Assembly (NCBI GenBank): GCA_964016885.1
Contig: OZ024742.1
Location: 151,776,001-151,840,000 of the forward strand
Direction: 5' to 3'
DNA: 64,000 nucleotides
Source of the DNA: Eledone cirrhosa
Taxonomy: Eukaryota
The notes beneath the pieces were generated by a model that was given only the letters and a program-made list of their open reading frames with translations, did not search any database and was not told the origin of the DNA. Below, piece by piece: positions 44,016-57,909 of this stretch (its first letter is position 1; each line of letters opens with the position of its first letter). Both the position numbers and the translations under genes were made by a program.

Positions 44016-44205
44016 CCTTCTCTACATCTATTAACCTGCTTTCTGTGGCAATAAATAATTCCAAACTTGAAAATATCAACACAATGCCTAAGTTGTCACT
44101 TTGAGAGTAAGCAGTAAAATAAAACCACTTGTTGGACCCTATCACAACATTTAGATTAAGCTATCTGTATTCTCCAAACCACCCTCTCCCATTCTCCTAC
44201 CACTA

Positions 44206-44259
<54 letters not shown>

Positions 44260-44698
44260 GCTCTCTCTCTTTCTCTCCCTCTACCTTTCTTTCTCTCTTC
44301 CTTTTCTACTATATCTAAATACAAAGAAACCATAATTCAGCCATTCGTTCTGAAGAATTGGTGGTACGAACAACATTTGAAAATTGAGTATCTGCAAATT
44401 AATAACTACCAATTTGCATATAGCATGACTAGGCTGTGTAACTACTGAAGAAACATTTGTAAACACTTTGAATAAATTACCTTTTTATGATGTCTACCTT
44501 TTTTATTAATCATTCTTTATCTACACTCCGGAATATAGAAGAATCGGAAACCAAGTTTCTTTAACTGTTCTTTTGTAACTCGTTGAGTAACGCCTCACCG
44601 TACGTTGACTCTATCTAGTGTAGTAATTAACCATTACTGCATTCAGGATAATCCTAAGCATTTCTTGCTTAACCTAATATATATATATATATACATAT

Positions 44699-45612
44699 AG
44701 TTTTCATAAAATAGTCTTACGACTATACAGAGCATTTGAAGTTTTTCGAAATTGAAGGATAGGTTTCTTGAACATTATTTTATCATGAGTTAAGGCTCTA
44801 TTGATTTTTCCCTGGATTTCACTAAATTCTGTGGATGAATTTATATCCTGATTCTCTTTAGGATGAGTTTAAATTATTTTTCCCACATCTTACGTTAACT
44901 ATTTTTCCCATTTTGACGCTATAGTCACTTATATACTATGGAATGCTGTTCGGTTTTCGCTGCAGTGTTTTCTATACCTTTCATTTATATATTTATACTC
45001 GGATTTTTCCTCGAGTGCTTAAATTATTTGTGACTAATCCCGTTTTTTTGTTTTTTTATAAAAAACTGCGATAATATTGCATTTTGCTGAACTCCTTACT
45101 GTAGAGTTTTTTTCGGAATGTTTTTGACTGTTGTTTCTTGTAAACAAACTTTCGTCTCATTTTGCCGTCAATAGCCATTTTTTCCTCATGTGCGTTTTTC
45201 GTGATCACGCATGATGTTGGACTGGCCAGCTTTAGAATTCCCTTTTTGGCATATTAATCTGCGAGAATCCTGGTTATCGAGTTGAGCTCTGCTGATGATG
45301 AATCCCAACCGTGACCATCTCCGCTGAAAGTTTTCATGAAATAGTCTTACGACTATACAGAGCATTTGAAGTTTTTCCAAATTGAAGGATAGGTATCTTG
45401 AACTTTATTTTATCATGAGTTAAGGCTCTATTGATTTTTCCCTGGATTTCGCTAAATTCTGTGGATGAATTAATATCCTGATTCTCTTTAGGATGAGTTT
45501 AAATTATTTTCCCCACATCTTACGTTAACTATTTTTCCCATTTTGACGCTATAGTCACTTATATCCTATGGAATGCTGTTCGCTTTTCGCTGCAGTGTTT
45601 TCTATACCTTTC

Positions 45613-45615
<3 letters not shown>
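44699..45615 (+). mobile_element. Retrozyme-like tandem element, unit 630 nt (~1.45 units)
   Basis: 44699-44985 is repeated at 45329-45615; non-coding; (AT)n flanks. Confidence 0.85.
45286..45363 (+). ncRNA. Type I hammerhead ribozyme, canonical core, stable stem III
   Basis: gctctg-CTGATGA-tgaa..ttca-t-GAAA-tagtc-ttac-gacta-TA-cagagc; predicted cut after 45357. Confidence 0.88.
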
Positions 45616-45681
<66 letters not shown>

Positions 45682-45882
45682 ATGCGATACAAATCTTACG
45701 TAAATAGTATAATAATATTGCTAGTTTTGGAGTAAAGAGACAAAAGTATTCGCTTATTATTTTACTATTATATTATTTTAATGGAAATTGCTTGCACGGG
45801 ATTAACTTAGATATAGACAGACACAAAAACATATACATACAATTACACAAGGAAGGACACAGACACCCATACACACTACATA

Positions 45883-46073
45883 TAATTGTCTCTAATTTTG
45901 GCACCAGGCCAGCAATTACCCTAGTGCATTATTGGTGCTTTATTTTATCAAACCCGGTAAGGGTGAAAGGCAAAGTAAACCTCGGCGGGTTTGAACGCAG
46001 AACGCAAAGGCCCATAACTCTATGCTGCAAACCATGGTGTCTGATGGCCTACTGATGTTGCCAATCCACCGCC
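45883..46073 (-). mobile_element. Full-length diverged SINE
   Basis: Family core and head; imperfect TSD acacta/gc/tatataat. Confidence 0.82.
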
Positions 46074-47620
46074 TAACAACACTGTATATAATGTTTTAAT
46101 ATATGTTGGATATTTATTGTATCTTTAAAGAAGGAATATACCTTAGGTTTAGAACGATATAGCTTAATATAAGTGGATTAACAGAATGAAAAAAGCAATT
46201 GAAGGAATACTTATAATATTATTTATATTCTCATTGGGAATCAGCTGGACAAGAAATGACTTGCCGAAGAGTCATTGGTTTTAATATATTTATCGTCAGT
46301 TTGTTGTGACAAAGACTAAGGCATCTATTGTTCTGAAGACTGTTTGCTTTCGTTGTGATTTGTTAATACATGGTAATATAGTTCAGTGATCTCAGCATTG
46401 TAAATCTAAAGATTGCTTCGTCAACCTGAAACCTGAGGTCAGTCATTTTTGGTACGCTTAAACATTGAAATGACACTAAAGTACTTTTGGGCGCCGGATT
46501 GATAGAGTCGTTAGAACGTCGAATAGAATACTTTTCTTGACGAAAAACTGTAAAGAGATTTACTAAGCACTGCAAGATAAAGAAAAGATGGTCAATTATA
46601 CAATAGTACATGAGTTATATCGATCGGAAGCGCTACTCCATGCTACGTATTTACTATTGTGTGTGTTAAGATATTTGAAGGTTGAAACGTTTCATAAAGG
46701 AAGACCGTCATCTTATTAGCTATACTAGCAGTGCTTTATAATAACCAATACATAAACTTATATAATCATTTCGTAAGATAGTTTTAATAATACTTTCATA
46801 AATATTAAGTAAAGAATTCGTTAAATACGTATTCAAAGCTATAGGTTATCATTAACTAATAATTGAACTCTTTAATGCAATTATTAATTAAACCTTTTCT
46901 ATTCTTTGGCTTTCAGATTCACTAAAATATTTTTCTAGAATCTTCTGAATGCAGTATTGTTTCGACGAAAATTCTATTTGTATTAGATTACAAAGTGAAA
47001 TAACTGTAAATATAAAAATGATAAAATCTTAGTTTTCTGGCATTTTTGTTTAAATTGTAATTACATGAAGTGACAAATTACAAAGAATATCATCTGAACC
47101 CTGAAAATAAAGAACAAAACAAAACAAACAAATAGAAGGAAAAACACAACACAAAAACTATAAATCACAAAAGAATGATATCGAAGAAACAGAAAAATTA
47201 AACATACATTAGAGAATTAACGATATATCATTCTGTGATCATAGACATTAGCTAACTATATCATAGCAATGCTGTTTAATTTAATTAAAATTCAGGTTTT
47301 ATATGTGCTGCTGCAATGATTATAGGAAAATAAAAATGAGACCTGTAATGTAATACAGAAGAAATGAAATCAATATAAATTATTGACAATTATTGCGGTA
47401 TTCCCGCTTTTTCTTTGATATAAATGGTTTCATGTTAAGCATTATTAATGGCTCATACACGCACAAATACACGCACACACACACGAGCCCACACACACGT
47501 CCATACACATGCACACACACAAACACAAAGTCACATCTATCTATCAAATACACGCACACACACACATACATGCACAAACACACACATATATATATACATA
47601 TATATATATACATATACAGT

Positions 47621-47781
<161 letters not shown>

Positions 47782-49023
47782 GTACGGAAAACACAAACTA
47801 AGGATAGATCCCCTCTTCAGTTGCCTGCTGTGGGTCTCGGACGTTTCGATGCATCAAAGACAATACGTCAATAACTGGAAAGTTATTGGGGAAGGAAAAG
47901 ACAAGGAGACGATGGCGAAGAGAATGAAAATAAACAAGAAAAACAAAATACGGAGAACAAAAGAAAAACAAAATACAGAAAAGATATATATACCGATATA
48001 GAGGGGGAAACACGATATATATATATATATATATATCATCATCGTTTGACGTCTATCTTCCACGCTAGCATGGGTTAGACGAGAATTGTCCCACTTGAGA
48101 CAACATATATACGTATATATATTATATTATATATATGTATATATATTATATTATATAAAAATTACATGAATCAAAGTTCTGTTTAAATCATTTATTTGCT
48201 TACAATTGTTTCTTCCAAACCGAGGTTTGGAGTCTTCGGAGCAATTATTCAGTGATTTTTTACATACTTAACCTGCTTTTCAACACAAGAAACATATAGA
48301 AACATATGTATATATTGACCCACAGTGGGTTGACATCCATTATAATAATACAGCATAGCAATTTACATACAAAGATTACAGTCATATTAAAGGACAAAAT
48401 TAAAGTTAAAATTAAAATTAAAATTAAAATAAAACATTGGCAGTTTAAGAAGATAAAGTAAGAGGAAAGTTTTGAGTAGCCAGTGTATGCAACAGTCACA
48501 CGTGAGGCATGTACGCGTGTCCTATTTATACAAGATTATAGTGCGGCAGAATGTAAAACAAGCAGTCAAAGCAGGCAATCTTGACTGCTTGTTTTATATA
48601 TATCAAATATTTAATAGCTGGTAATAGTATGAATGTGGAATGTATTTGTCGTCTCTGGTTCACAATACGGGCCTGAGATATTAAACATTTGTAAACAAGT
48701 AAGTACCTCTATAGTTCGGTTGTATACTCGTCAACAACATGAATACGTCTCTAATTTCATAATTAAGTTAATCAGCTAACAATTAGCTAATTCACACCAT
48801 AAACATAATTTCTTGCTCTATCAACTCAAAGTACGTTGCTGGAATATATATCAATTAATTTCAATATTCATTAGAAATACTTACAATATCTGAATAATAT
48901 TATGAATTATCGATGGTTGTGTTAATAAAGAGAATAACGTAGAAAATAACTGAGGTAAACCTGGTTCTGAATACTTAAATCTCTTTGTCTTACCAATAAA
49001 GACATACATACATACATAGTATA

Positions 49024-49095
<72 letters not shown>

Positions 49096-49102
49096 GTATA
49101 TG

Positions 49103-49135
<33 letters not shown>

Positions 49136-49174
49136 GTATATATATATATGTATATATGTATATATATATATATA

Positions 49175-49389
<215 letters not shown>

Positions 49390-49484
49390 TATATTTATAT
49401 ATATATATATATTTATCTATTTCTGTCTCCCCCTCTCTCTTTATGTATGTTTGTGTGTATATATATACATATATATATATATAT

Positions 49485-49524
<40 letters not shown>

Positions 49525-49529
<5 letters not shown>

Positions 49530-50400
49530 GAACAAGTATGACCCCGACGGCAGAGCTCAAGCCGTTTCGACGGCTATTTCTGGACTAAATAAAAATTTTT
49601 AGCCTGGTAAATAAATAGCCGAACTTCTCAGTGGGTATTTCCTTATTTGGGAAGATAATAATTGTCGTGAGGATTGGTCAAAAGTTTGTTGTAAAGGCAG
49701 ATGAATGTATCATGGCATTTGGTCTACCTTTGTAAGCAGGCGTTACCCCTTACAAAATCGGCAAGTGGGGCGTATCAGCCCTTGTCTCCCCCCCCCTCCC
49801 CGGGTCATTATGGGGTTTTAGGGCGAAGTAGTATTTTAGTATTTTTGTTCTCAACTTATTAACTTGTCATTGTAAGATAGCATTGGCTGATTACTAAATA
49901 TCCATAGCAGTGGTGTTTGACTCCCTGTAAAGCCGGCTTTATAAAATTCTTTCACTACTATCTCGTATTTAGTATTGTTCCCAATCACCACCTATTAAAC
50001 TTTTCTATAGCTTAGCAATACCAATGAGAGATTTGGTGATTGTGGAAATGGCTTAGTAACCAGAAATTGTTTTTTATATATTTATTCCCTTATTTTTATA
50101 ATGGGTTTTCTTTACTCCCTTTCGATTTACCTATTCTTTCAACCCCCCCTCTCCAGTACACTTTTTTCGACCTTTTATGCACTATGCTTAGAATCTGCAT
50201 ATATATATTTCAATTTCAACGCTTGACTGTGTTTCCCCCACTCTCTCTTTGTTCTTCCGGCAAGTTCACCCACCCCTACTTCCCACAAAATGCCATGATA
50301 CATTCATCTGTCGTTACAACAAACTTTTGACCAATCCTCTCGATAATTACTATCTTCCCAAATAAGAAAATACCCCATGAGGAGTTCGGCTATTTATTTA
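49525..50400. mobile_element. Non-coding foldback element with hammerhead (49541-49636, minus)
   Basis: Inverted arms 49608-49720/50288-50400. HHR reads accca-CTGAGAA-g..cggctattt/aaatagccg..c-GAAAC-ggc..gcc-GTC-ggggt. Confidence 0.75.
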
Positions 50401-50402
50401 TA

Positions 50403-50584
50403 TAGCTCGATAAGGATAAATATATATCAAATATATAAGACCCATAGAGCAAATATTTATTAAAATAACAGATTAAAGGTTAAGCAAAGAATCGCTGCTT
50501 TCACCCTTAACGGGATCTTCTGAAACTAACAAAGTCAATCTGTGAACGCAGAAGTGAATATTTCGAAAAACGTTGCAACCGGAG
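50403..50584 (-). mobile_element. Truncated pLTR of the 35.5-38.6 kb PLE family (CAGAAGA HHR at 50478-50527)
   Basis: Near-identical to 35538-35665. Confidence 0.85.
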
Positions 50585-50765
50585 TGTATGTGTGTGCGTG
50601 TGTGTATATATATATAAAATATATTTATATTTATATATATATATATATACGTGTGTGTGTGTATGTATATATATGTATATATATATATATAAATGTATAT
50701 ATATATATACATATATATATACATACACACACACATATATATATATGTATATATATATATACATA

Positions 50766-50806
<41 letters not shown>

Positions 50807-50855
50807 TGTGTATGTATATATATATGTATATATATATATATATATATACACATAC

Positions 50856-50886
<31 letters not shown>

Positions 50887-50903
50887 TATATTTATATATA
50901 TAT

Positions 50904-50956
<53 letters not shown>

Positions 50957-51048
50957 TATATATATATATATATACATATATGTAATTTATATATATATAT
51001 GTGTATATATATACATACATATATATAAATATATATTTATATAATATA

Positions 51049-52293
51049 CTAGCAGATTTATCCGGCGTTGCTCGGGGTTTGAAATTATGCTAAGAATATA
51101 CAGCTAGGAAGTAAAAGAAGAACATTATTTGTCCCCAACCTGTCAAAATAAGCAGAAGTCTTCAATAATTAATGCAAACGAATATTTAGTGCAATCTTTC
51201 TACACATAAAACAATGCTGATAATGAAGGAAAACACTGAACAGGATGTAGTTATACAAATGATTAAAGACAATACACGTTGCAAATCTGTAACAAAAACA
51301 GGCAGTTTTACTAAAGTACAAAACGTTTTAATGACAGCAGAGTTGTATACAAACAAAAAAAGAACAATGAGAGTAGAATAAGAGAAAATCTATTCTTTGA
51401 GAGCATCCTTTGCTGTGTATGGTTAAATTTTTAACTTATAATCCAAAATATCCTGCCTAACATATTCATTGGTATGTTTTCTAATGAGTAAGGTGAAGTC
51501 AAGGCAGAGCTGTAATAAGTTCATTTGAAACGCAATGTTGTACTGTCGGATATGCTTCAGAAAATCACGTGATTTTGAATGCTTACCTTGTTAGAAGCAT
51601 CTGGAGATGTTGCGGTGGTTCCCTAAGGGTGGGCAAATTAACCTTACCGTTGGAGCAGCACATTCCAGCTGATTCTCCCCCCCCCCCCCTCCCCACATTT
51701 TTTAGCTTTACAATGTTGGCAAGTATTTGACATGGCATATATTTGAATATCAGGATGGATTTGATAGTTTACATTAGAGTCATAATTAACTGCCTTAAGT
51801 TGCCATCGTGGGCGTGATGCCTTTGAAATACCCCGTGATAAAGCTCTACGTTGAGCGTTACCCTCCAACCGAATAGCTCGACTTGTTACGGTCTCTACAG
51901 CTCGTGCCGTAGCAGCAGCTGAAGCATTTCTCAATAACTTTGAAAGTGCAACAAAGAATAAACAAGAAACAAAAGATAAAACCATCATCAAAATCTCGCC
52001 AATCAAATGAATGTGATTTTTATATTGAAAAGTATGATATCTCCCTTTTTTATAAGGATTGGCAATAAAGTTTGTTATCTCCCTTACATCAATTTTTCTA
52101 CCGATAATTTTGATATCGATTTTTTATTGCTCAACGTGGGTCGATTTGAAAATTGTTTGTGATGTGACAATCTTATTGACCTCTGCAACGTACACAGAAA
52201 ATTTGGTCAAATTCAGTTGGTAATTGTGAAAGCCTTATGCATGCCAAGTTGTACACAGACACACACACAGCCTAACTTTTATATATATAAAGA
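51049..52293 (-). mobile_element. Internally deleted Helitron with RepHel N-terminal remnant
   Basis: 5' TC(TTTATATATATAAAA); 3' hairpin CCCGAGCAACGCCGG + CTAG; A|T target. Coding remnant M...CQHCKA..E..GMCCSNGKVNLP.L..PP..L. Confidence 0.9.
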
Positions 52294-52422
52294 TACATAA
52301 CATATATATATATTACATATATTTCTCACAGACATATATATATTCAATATATATATATATATTATACACACACACACACGGGCACACCCACACCCACACA
52401 TACATGCACACACACACACATA

Positions 52423-52502
<80 letters not shown>

Positions 52503-52991
52503 AGTGCGTGCCTGCTGCGTGCGGTTCAGAATGATGCTGGTTCACAATTTCTTGGTTCAACATTCGATTGCCTTGGGATGTGTTTTCAAGTAAATATTAC
52601 CGTTCACATCTACCTTCGTGCGGTCGTTGCACTGTGAGTTCAAGTACCCGCGTGGCCACTCTTACTTTTGTGTTTAGTAAAATATAGTACCAGTCAAGGC
52701 AAAAGACTGGTGAAAATGTTAAAATATCGGATGAGTTGCCTTATGATATTTATTTAGGATCTTTGGGTTGTGAGTTCAAATCCCATCGTGGTTTACTTAT
52801 TTAATCGAAAACCCGCTCTTAGTTCTAATGGCAGGATCATATTGAATTCTGGGTAGACACACTACGTCTCAGTTAAAGGCATTCTTCGTATATAACATTC
52901 TTCTCTGGAACATAAATGCATCCGCTCGAAAAACAATAGAAATCAAAACAAAAACAAAACAAATCCTTTTGCCATTTATCTACTGACTGAA

Positions 52992-53110
52992 GGCGGCGAA
53001 TTGACAGAATTCGTTCCGGCTCGCTGCGTTCTGATTTCAAATTTCTCGGAGTCAATTTTGCATTTCACCATTTCGAGATCGCTAAAGTAAGTATCATTTC
53101 AGTACTGGGA
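52992..53110 (+). mobile_element. Old, diverged SINE
   Basis: GGCGGCGAATTGACAGAAT head and degenerate core. Confidence 0.6.
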
Positions 53111-53114
53111 TTGA

Positions 53115-53215
<101 letters not shown>

Positions 53216-53386
53216 CGGTTCCGTTCCCTCATACCCTCTACCCCTGTCTCTCACAGAGAGAAATCAGCTGGTCCAAATCTGGAGAAAGGTGGTCTTCGCC
53301 ATATTCAGAATGATCAAGACGTTACGACAATGCCTCCACGATTCCATCTGATGTTATAATACATACATACATACATACATACATAC

Positions 53387-53996
53387 ATGGTGGCTGCCAA
53401 CTCGTTTTCGAGTACGGCCACTACTTTATATCCATGTAGGAGAACCCCTACCAATGCGCTGAACGAGTGTGACATTCTAGTCCAGCCAGCGACTTGAAAA
53501 CTCTGGTACAAACACTACTCTTGTGACAATTATTGACACATAGTGCTGGGCCCATGGTACCATGTGACGACAAGTGTAGAGAGATCTCCAGATATAAAGC
53601 AATACCTGTGCCGTGAAGCTTTTATAGTGAGCAAAGGCACTGCACAAAGCCAGTCCCACTCTCTTAACCAAGATGATATTTACCAAAAAGAAGAACAAGT
53701 CAACATCATTGGATACCATCAGGGTTGCAGGTGTTATATCAGAGTTTTCCTTCTCCTAGAATTCTGCCTTGACAAAGGCTAACGGGTCATCTCTCCCGGT
53801 GATTTTGGATGGCCATTGACTCTTAAGAGCTCCTTTGCCCTTTGACAGGTTTTGTTTTTAGTCCTGCAGGATGTCCAAAGTCACCCTCCTCACCAAGAAA
53901 CCTTGGTGGGGTTGCCAGTTTAGTCGCCAACGACCCGACCATGAGACAGGTTGTACTGGGATACATGTTACCAGTAGCACCAACTGGTGACCTGAC
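53387..53996 (-). mobile_element. ~600-bp RTE-UTR-like non-autonomous element in (ATAC)n
   Basis: Homologous to 14726-15865; CTAGGAGAAGGAAAACTCTG motif. Confidence 0.7.
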
Positions 53997-54109
53997 ATAC
54001 ATACATACATACATACATACATACATACATACATACATACATACATACATACATACATACATACATACATACATACATGCGTAAATACATATATATATTT
54101 TTTTACCTA

Positions 54110-54592
54110 CAGTGGTAATTTTACGGAATATATTATGTAAATACAGTTTAATAGAAAAAGTAAAAAGGAACATTTAGATTGAGAAGGATGGAATATAAAA
54201 CAGGGAAATAAATAGAAGATTGGGGAGAGGGAGGATGATTGGGCTCTGGGCCTAGTGCGCGACGTAAAGGGGCTGCGCTCCTTGGACAATAGCCAGTGAC
54301 ACCCGCTGCAACAGCTAAACCCATCTCTCGGGCTCTTTCCTCAGACGGGCCGCCTAGGTTCCGATCTTGCGGAGGAGCCCGACTGTACGGGGGTCCAAGT
54401 ACGCCTGAGGTCTCGATGGCGACCAGTGCGAAGAAGAAGCGGCCGGACAATCCCCAGTATTTGTTTATTTTCCGTTCCTCGGCCAGGCGGGCCGCGGCAC
54501 CGGGGTTTGTGGCCGAAGCCACTAAGTTGGAGGCAGAGAAAATGTCACATCAGGTGGCGTTCGAATGGGAAGAGAGTGATTCCATCGGGACG
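54110..54592 (-). mobile_element. 3' fragment of a CRE-like non-LTR retrotransposon (RLE domain)
   Basis: GAAARLAEERK..KY..L....F..VAIETSGVLGP. Confidence 0.78.
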
Positions 54593-54978
54593 CTTTTTGT
54601 ACATTAATATGAAGTCTAAATAAAATTTCTTATCGATAACTTTTCTATCAACGCCTTTCTTCTTATGATAGAGTTCCTCGTTTAATGTCTTTAATCGTTA
54701 TTTTAGATATATTAACATATATTCAGCTGTTCCTATATTACTGGACCAAAACATCATTGTTATTCTCTCTTTAGAATTTCAGTTGACGAGAAGTGGAAAG
54801 TGAAACCAGGACTCTGCCATACACTTGTAAACTAATAATCAAACGGATACCAGACATGATATTTCGCAATCAAATAACACTAAGCTTTTGTTTCATTGAA
54901 GAGAGCAGGAGAAGCAGAGCATTCCTCTCACTGTCTGTCTTGATCCCCCCCTCTTTCTCACACACATACACACACACA

Positions 54979-55021
<43 letters not shown>

Positions 55022-55090
55022 AATGAGAGAGAGCTGAATAGATTGTTAGGTAAATATATCAGTAAATAAGATACATGGTTATATAAACAG

Positions 55091-55142
<52 letters not shown>

Positions 55143-55203
55143 GAAAGAGAGAAATAGAGATAGATAGATAGAGAGAGTGAGAGAGAGGGAAAGAGAGAAA
55201 TAG

Positions 55204-55253
<50 letters not shown>

Positions 55254-55899
55254 GGTGTGGGGGGTGGGTGGGGTGTGTGTGTGTGTGTGTGTGAAAGATC
55301 GCTATATATGCGAATGGCGGAGGAAACAGTTATAGATAAATATGTATGAGTGTGTGTTATTGATAGAATCGTTCATGTGGAGCGAAAGTAATGTTATTTT
55401 AAGTGACTAATTGTCCAGTAAATCACAATTGCTGCCCGAACTTGACTGCAAAACCAATTGTATTGAACAAATTTATGTTTATTGTTTCTTGTGAAAGAAC
55501 GACGAGAAAGAAACTTTCTTGGCTTCTATTTCCAATATATCGTTACGAAAATGTCAAGAAGATCGTCAATGTTACAAGGTCATCTAACATTGCGTGGAAC
55601 TAAGTATTTTGTTTCCGTTTGTTCCAAGAGAATTGACAATGTCAATGGGTGTTTTGTTAATAGTAGAACTGTCACGATACTGAAGACAGAGTTTGTGGAT
55701 TTGTTTGCAGCATATTCTTGATAATAGTATCTGTTAATCTCTCACAAGATCTTAGCTTATTTTAACGATGTAGAAAACTGTGAGCACAAATTGAAATTTG
55801 GAATGTTTTAGTTCTGTGGAGAAATGATCTGAATTTTAATTTAGAATGTTTGGGAAGAGATAAAGTGTAGAGCTAACGAGGAAAGGAGAATAGCTTTAT

Positions 55900-56560
55900 T
55901 GACTTTAGGTTGCATGGCAGTATACACACTTTGCTATTAAATAAATTGATGTTACAACAGCTAGAAGTATTCCAGCTGAAGTGCCTCTGCACGTGGGTGG
56001 AGTTATACTGAATCGGATGGAGGAGTTGAAGATACTCGGGTTCGTGTTCACGCGTGATGGAAGACAGGGAGCTGAATTGAATACAACAATTGCTGGAGTT
56101 GTTGCAGTAATGCATCAACTTTAACTCTTTGTCAGGAAGGGAGGTAGGTATAAACGTCAAATTCGCTATCTACAATTTCATATCCGTACCAACGCCTTGC
56201 CTGTGGTCATGAATCTTGGGTAATGATCGAAAGAACACGATCGCGAATACAAACGGCCAATATGGGGTTTCTTCAAAAAGTATTCAGTGTAATATTATTC
56301 GATAGTGTGCGTAGCTCTGAGATTAGGGAGTAGCTCCTGGTAAAGCCACTACTTCTCCGAATCAAGAAATCGCAGCGCGGATGCTATGGATATGTAGTTA
56401 GAATGTTTGAGGAAGGAAGAGATTTTGATGGTAACGCCAATCCACATGAGGTTCAGAAGCTGGTCTTGCTTGGGGATTCAGCCGGATCAGTTGGAGGCGG
56501 ATGTGTCTGATAGCGTCCTCTGGAAAGAGTGCCTGAACTCCATGACCTTCCCAGGAAGTC
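55900..56560 (+). mobile_element. Degraded 3' part of an RTE (Expander-like) LINE
   Basis: Remnants of (F)KYLG.VFT.DG and GHESWVM..R.RSRIQ..MGFL after frameshifts. Confidence 0.7.
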
Positions 56561-56813
56561 TCTCATACATAAATGCTGTGAAATATTCCAATATATTACT
56601 ACAGGATGCTACCAAGATATCTGTTTATGAAAATACCATATATAGTTGGTGTTTGTGATTAGACCGGAGTAAGTTCTGATTCAAAAAAAACCCCCAAAAC
56701 CCAACAACTATGACACGTAGTTAATCATCTGAAAGAACAGCTGTAACCACCGATATTGATGTTTTTGTTCCATGTGGTAAATAACAGGGCCGGGCAAGAT
56801 ATCAAATACGAAG

Positions 56814-56891
<78 letters not shown>

Positions 56892-56920
56892 GTGGTTACA
56901 CAACAGTTAGTTCACCATAC

Positions 56921-56958
56921 CGAGAACAATTGTTTCACCTTAGCGTATCCTCAGCTCG
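56921..56958 (-). ncRNA. Minimal hammerhead (inverted pLTR copy)
   Basis: cgag-CTGAGGA-tacgctaaggt-GAAAC-aatt-GTT-ctcg. Confidence 0.72.
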
Positions 56959-57871
56959 TAATGGACATGGTTATACGGAAGAGGAAGGAGAACCGTACGA
57001 ACGCGCATGCGCAGAAACCGTCACTTCACAGAAGAAATACTAAAAAGCGTGCGAGAAGTGTAAGGGAGATAACTGCGAAAGTCCGAAAAGTACCTAGTTG
57101 ATAAGAAAATTAGGATATTGTTGTGATTCAATCCGGAACTTTGTAGTTAGGTCATAAATACCGCTCCATCTTTAAAGGACACAAAGATACTCCTGCGCTA
57201 AAGACATGAAGGCCCACATCACCAACAGCCCTAAGAGCAACACCCCACCAGGGTGCTCTTGCCGTAAGCACGAAGCTTGTCCCCTTCAACAGCAATGAAA
57301 CACACCCGCTGTAATTTATGAAGCTGTGGTCACTTCCAACCGATCAAACCAACCACAGTAGGTCAAATCCTATGTGGGTATGGCGAGGGCCGATTTAAGG
57401 AACGCTTCCTGAACCACCAGTCGACCTTTAGGTATCCCGACAGACGTTCATCCACGAAACTCGCGAGCCACGTATGGCCCCTCAAGGACTCAAGTATAGA
57501 CTACTTCATTCAATGGAAAGCCATCACTAAGTCCAAGTCATACGCAAGTGGAAATCCGTCGTGTGGACTATGTATTGATGAACGAATAAATATTCTAAAG
57601 AGATTATGCAATAGTGATTGCCTAAACACGACAACTGAATTCTTCACACGTTGTCCACACGTTTTGAAATACCTCTTACATAACTACAAAGTTCCGGATT
57701 GAATGACAACAACATCCTAATTTTCTTATCAACTAGATACTTTTCGGACTTTCGCAGTTATCTCCCTTACACCTCTCGCACGCTTTTTAGTACTGCTTCT
57801 GTGAAGTGACGGTTTCTGCGCATGCGCGTTCGTACGGCTGTCCTTCCTGTTCCGTGTAACCATGTCCATTA

Positions 57872-57909
57872 CAAGCTGAGGATCCGCTAAGGCGAAACAA
57901 TTGTTCTCG
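57872..57909 (+). ncRNA. Minimal hammerhead in PLE pLTR
   Basis: caag-CTGAGGA-tccgctaaggc-GAAAC-aatt-GTT-ctcg. Confidence 0.75.

Noticed and set aside
47810-47865. GAAACGTC and CTGAAGA on the minus strand
   Set aside because: Order and pairing do not give a complete hammerhead; possibly a deleted remnant.
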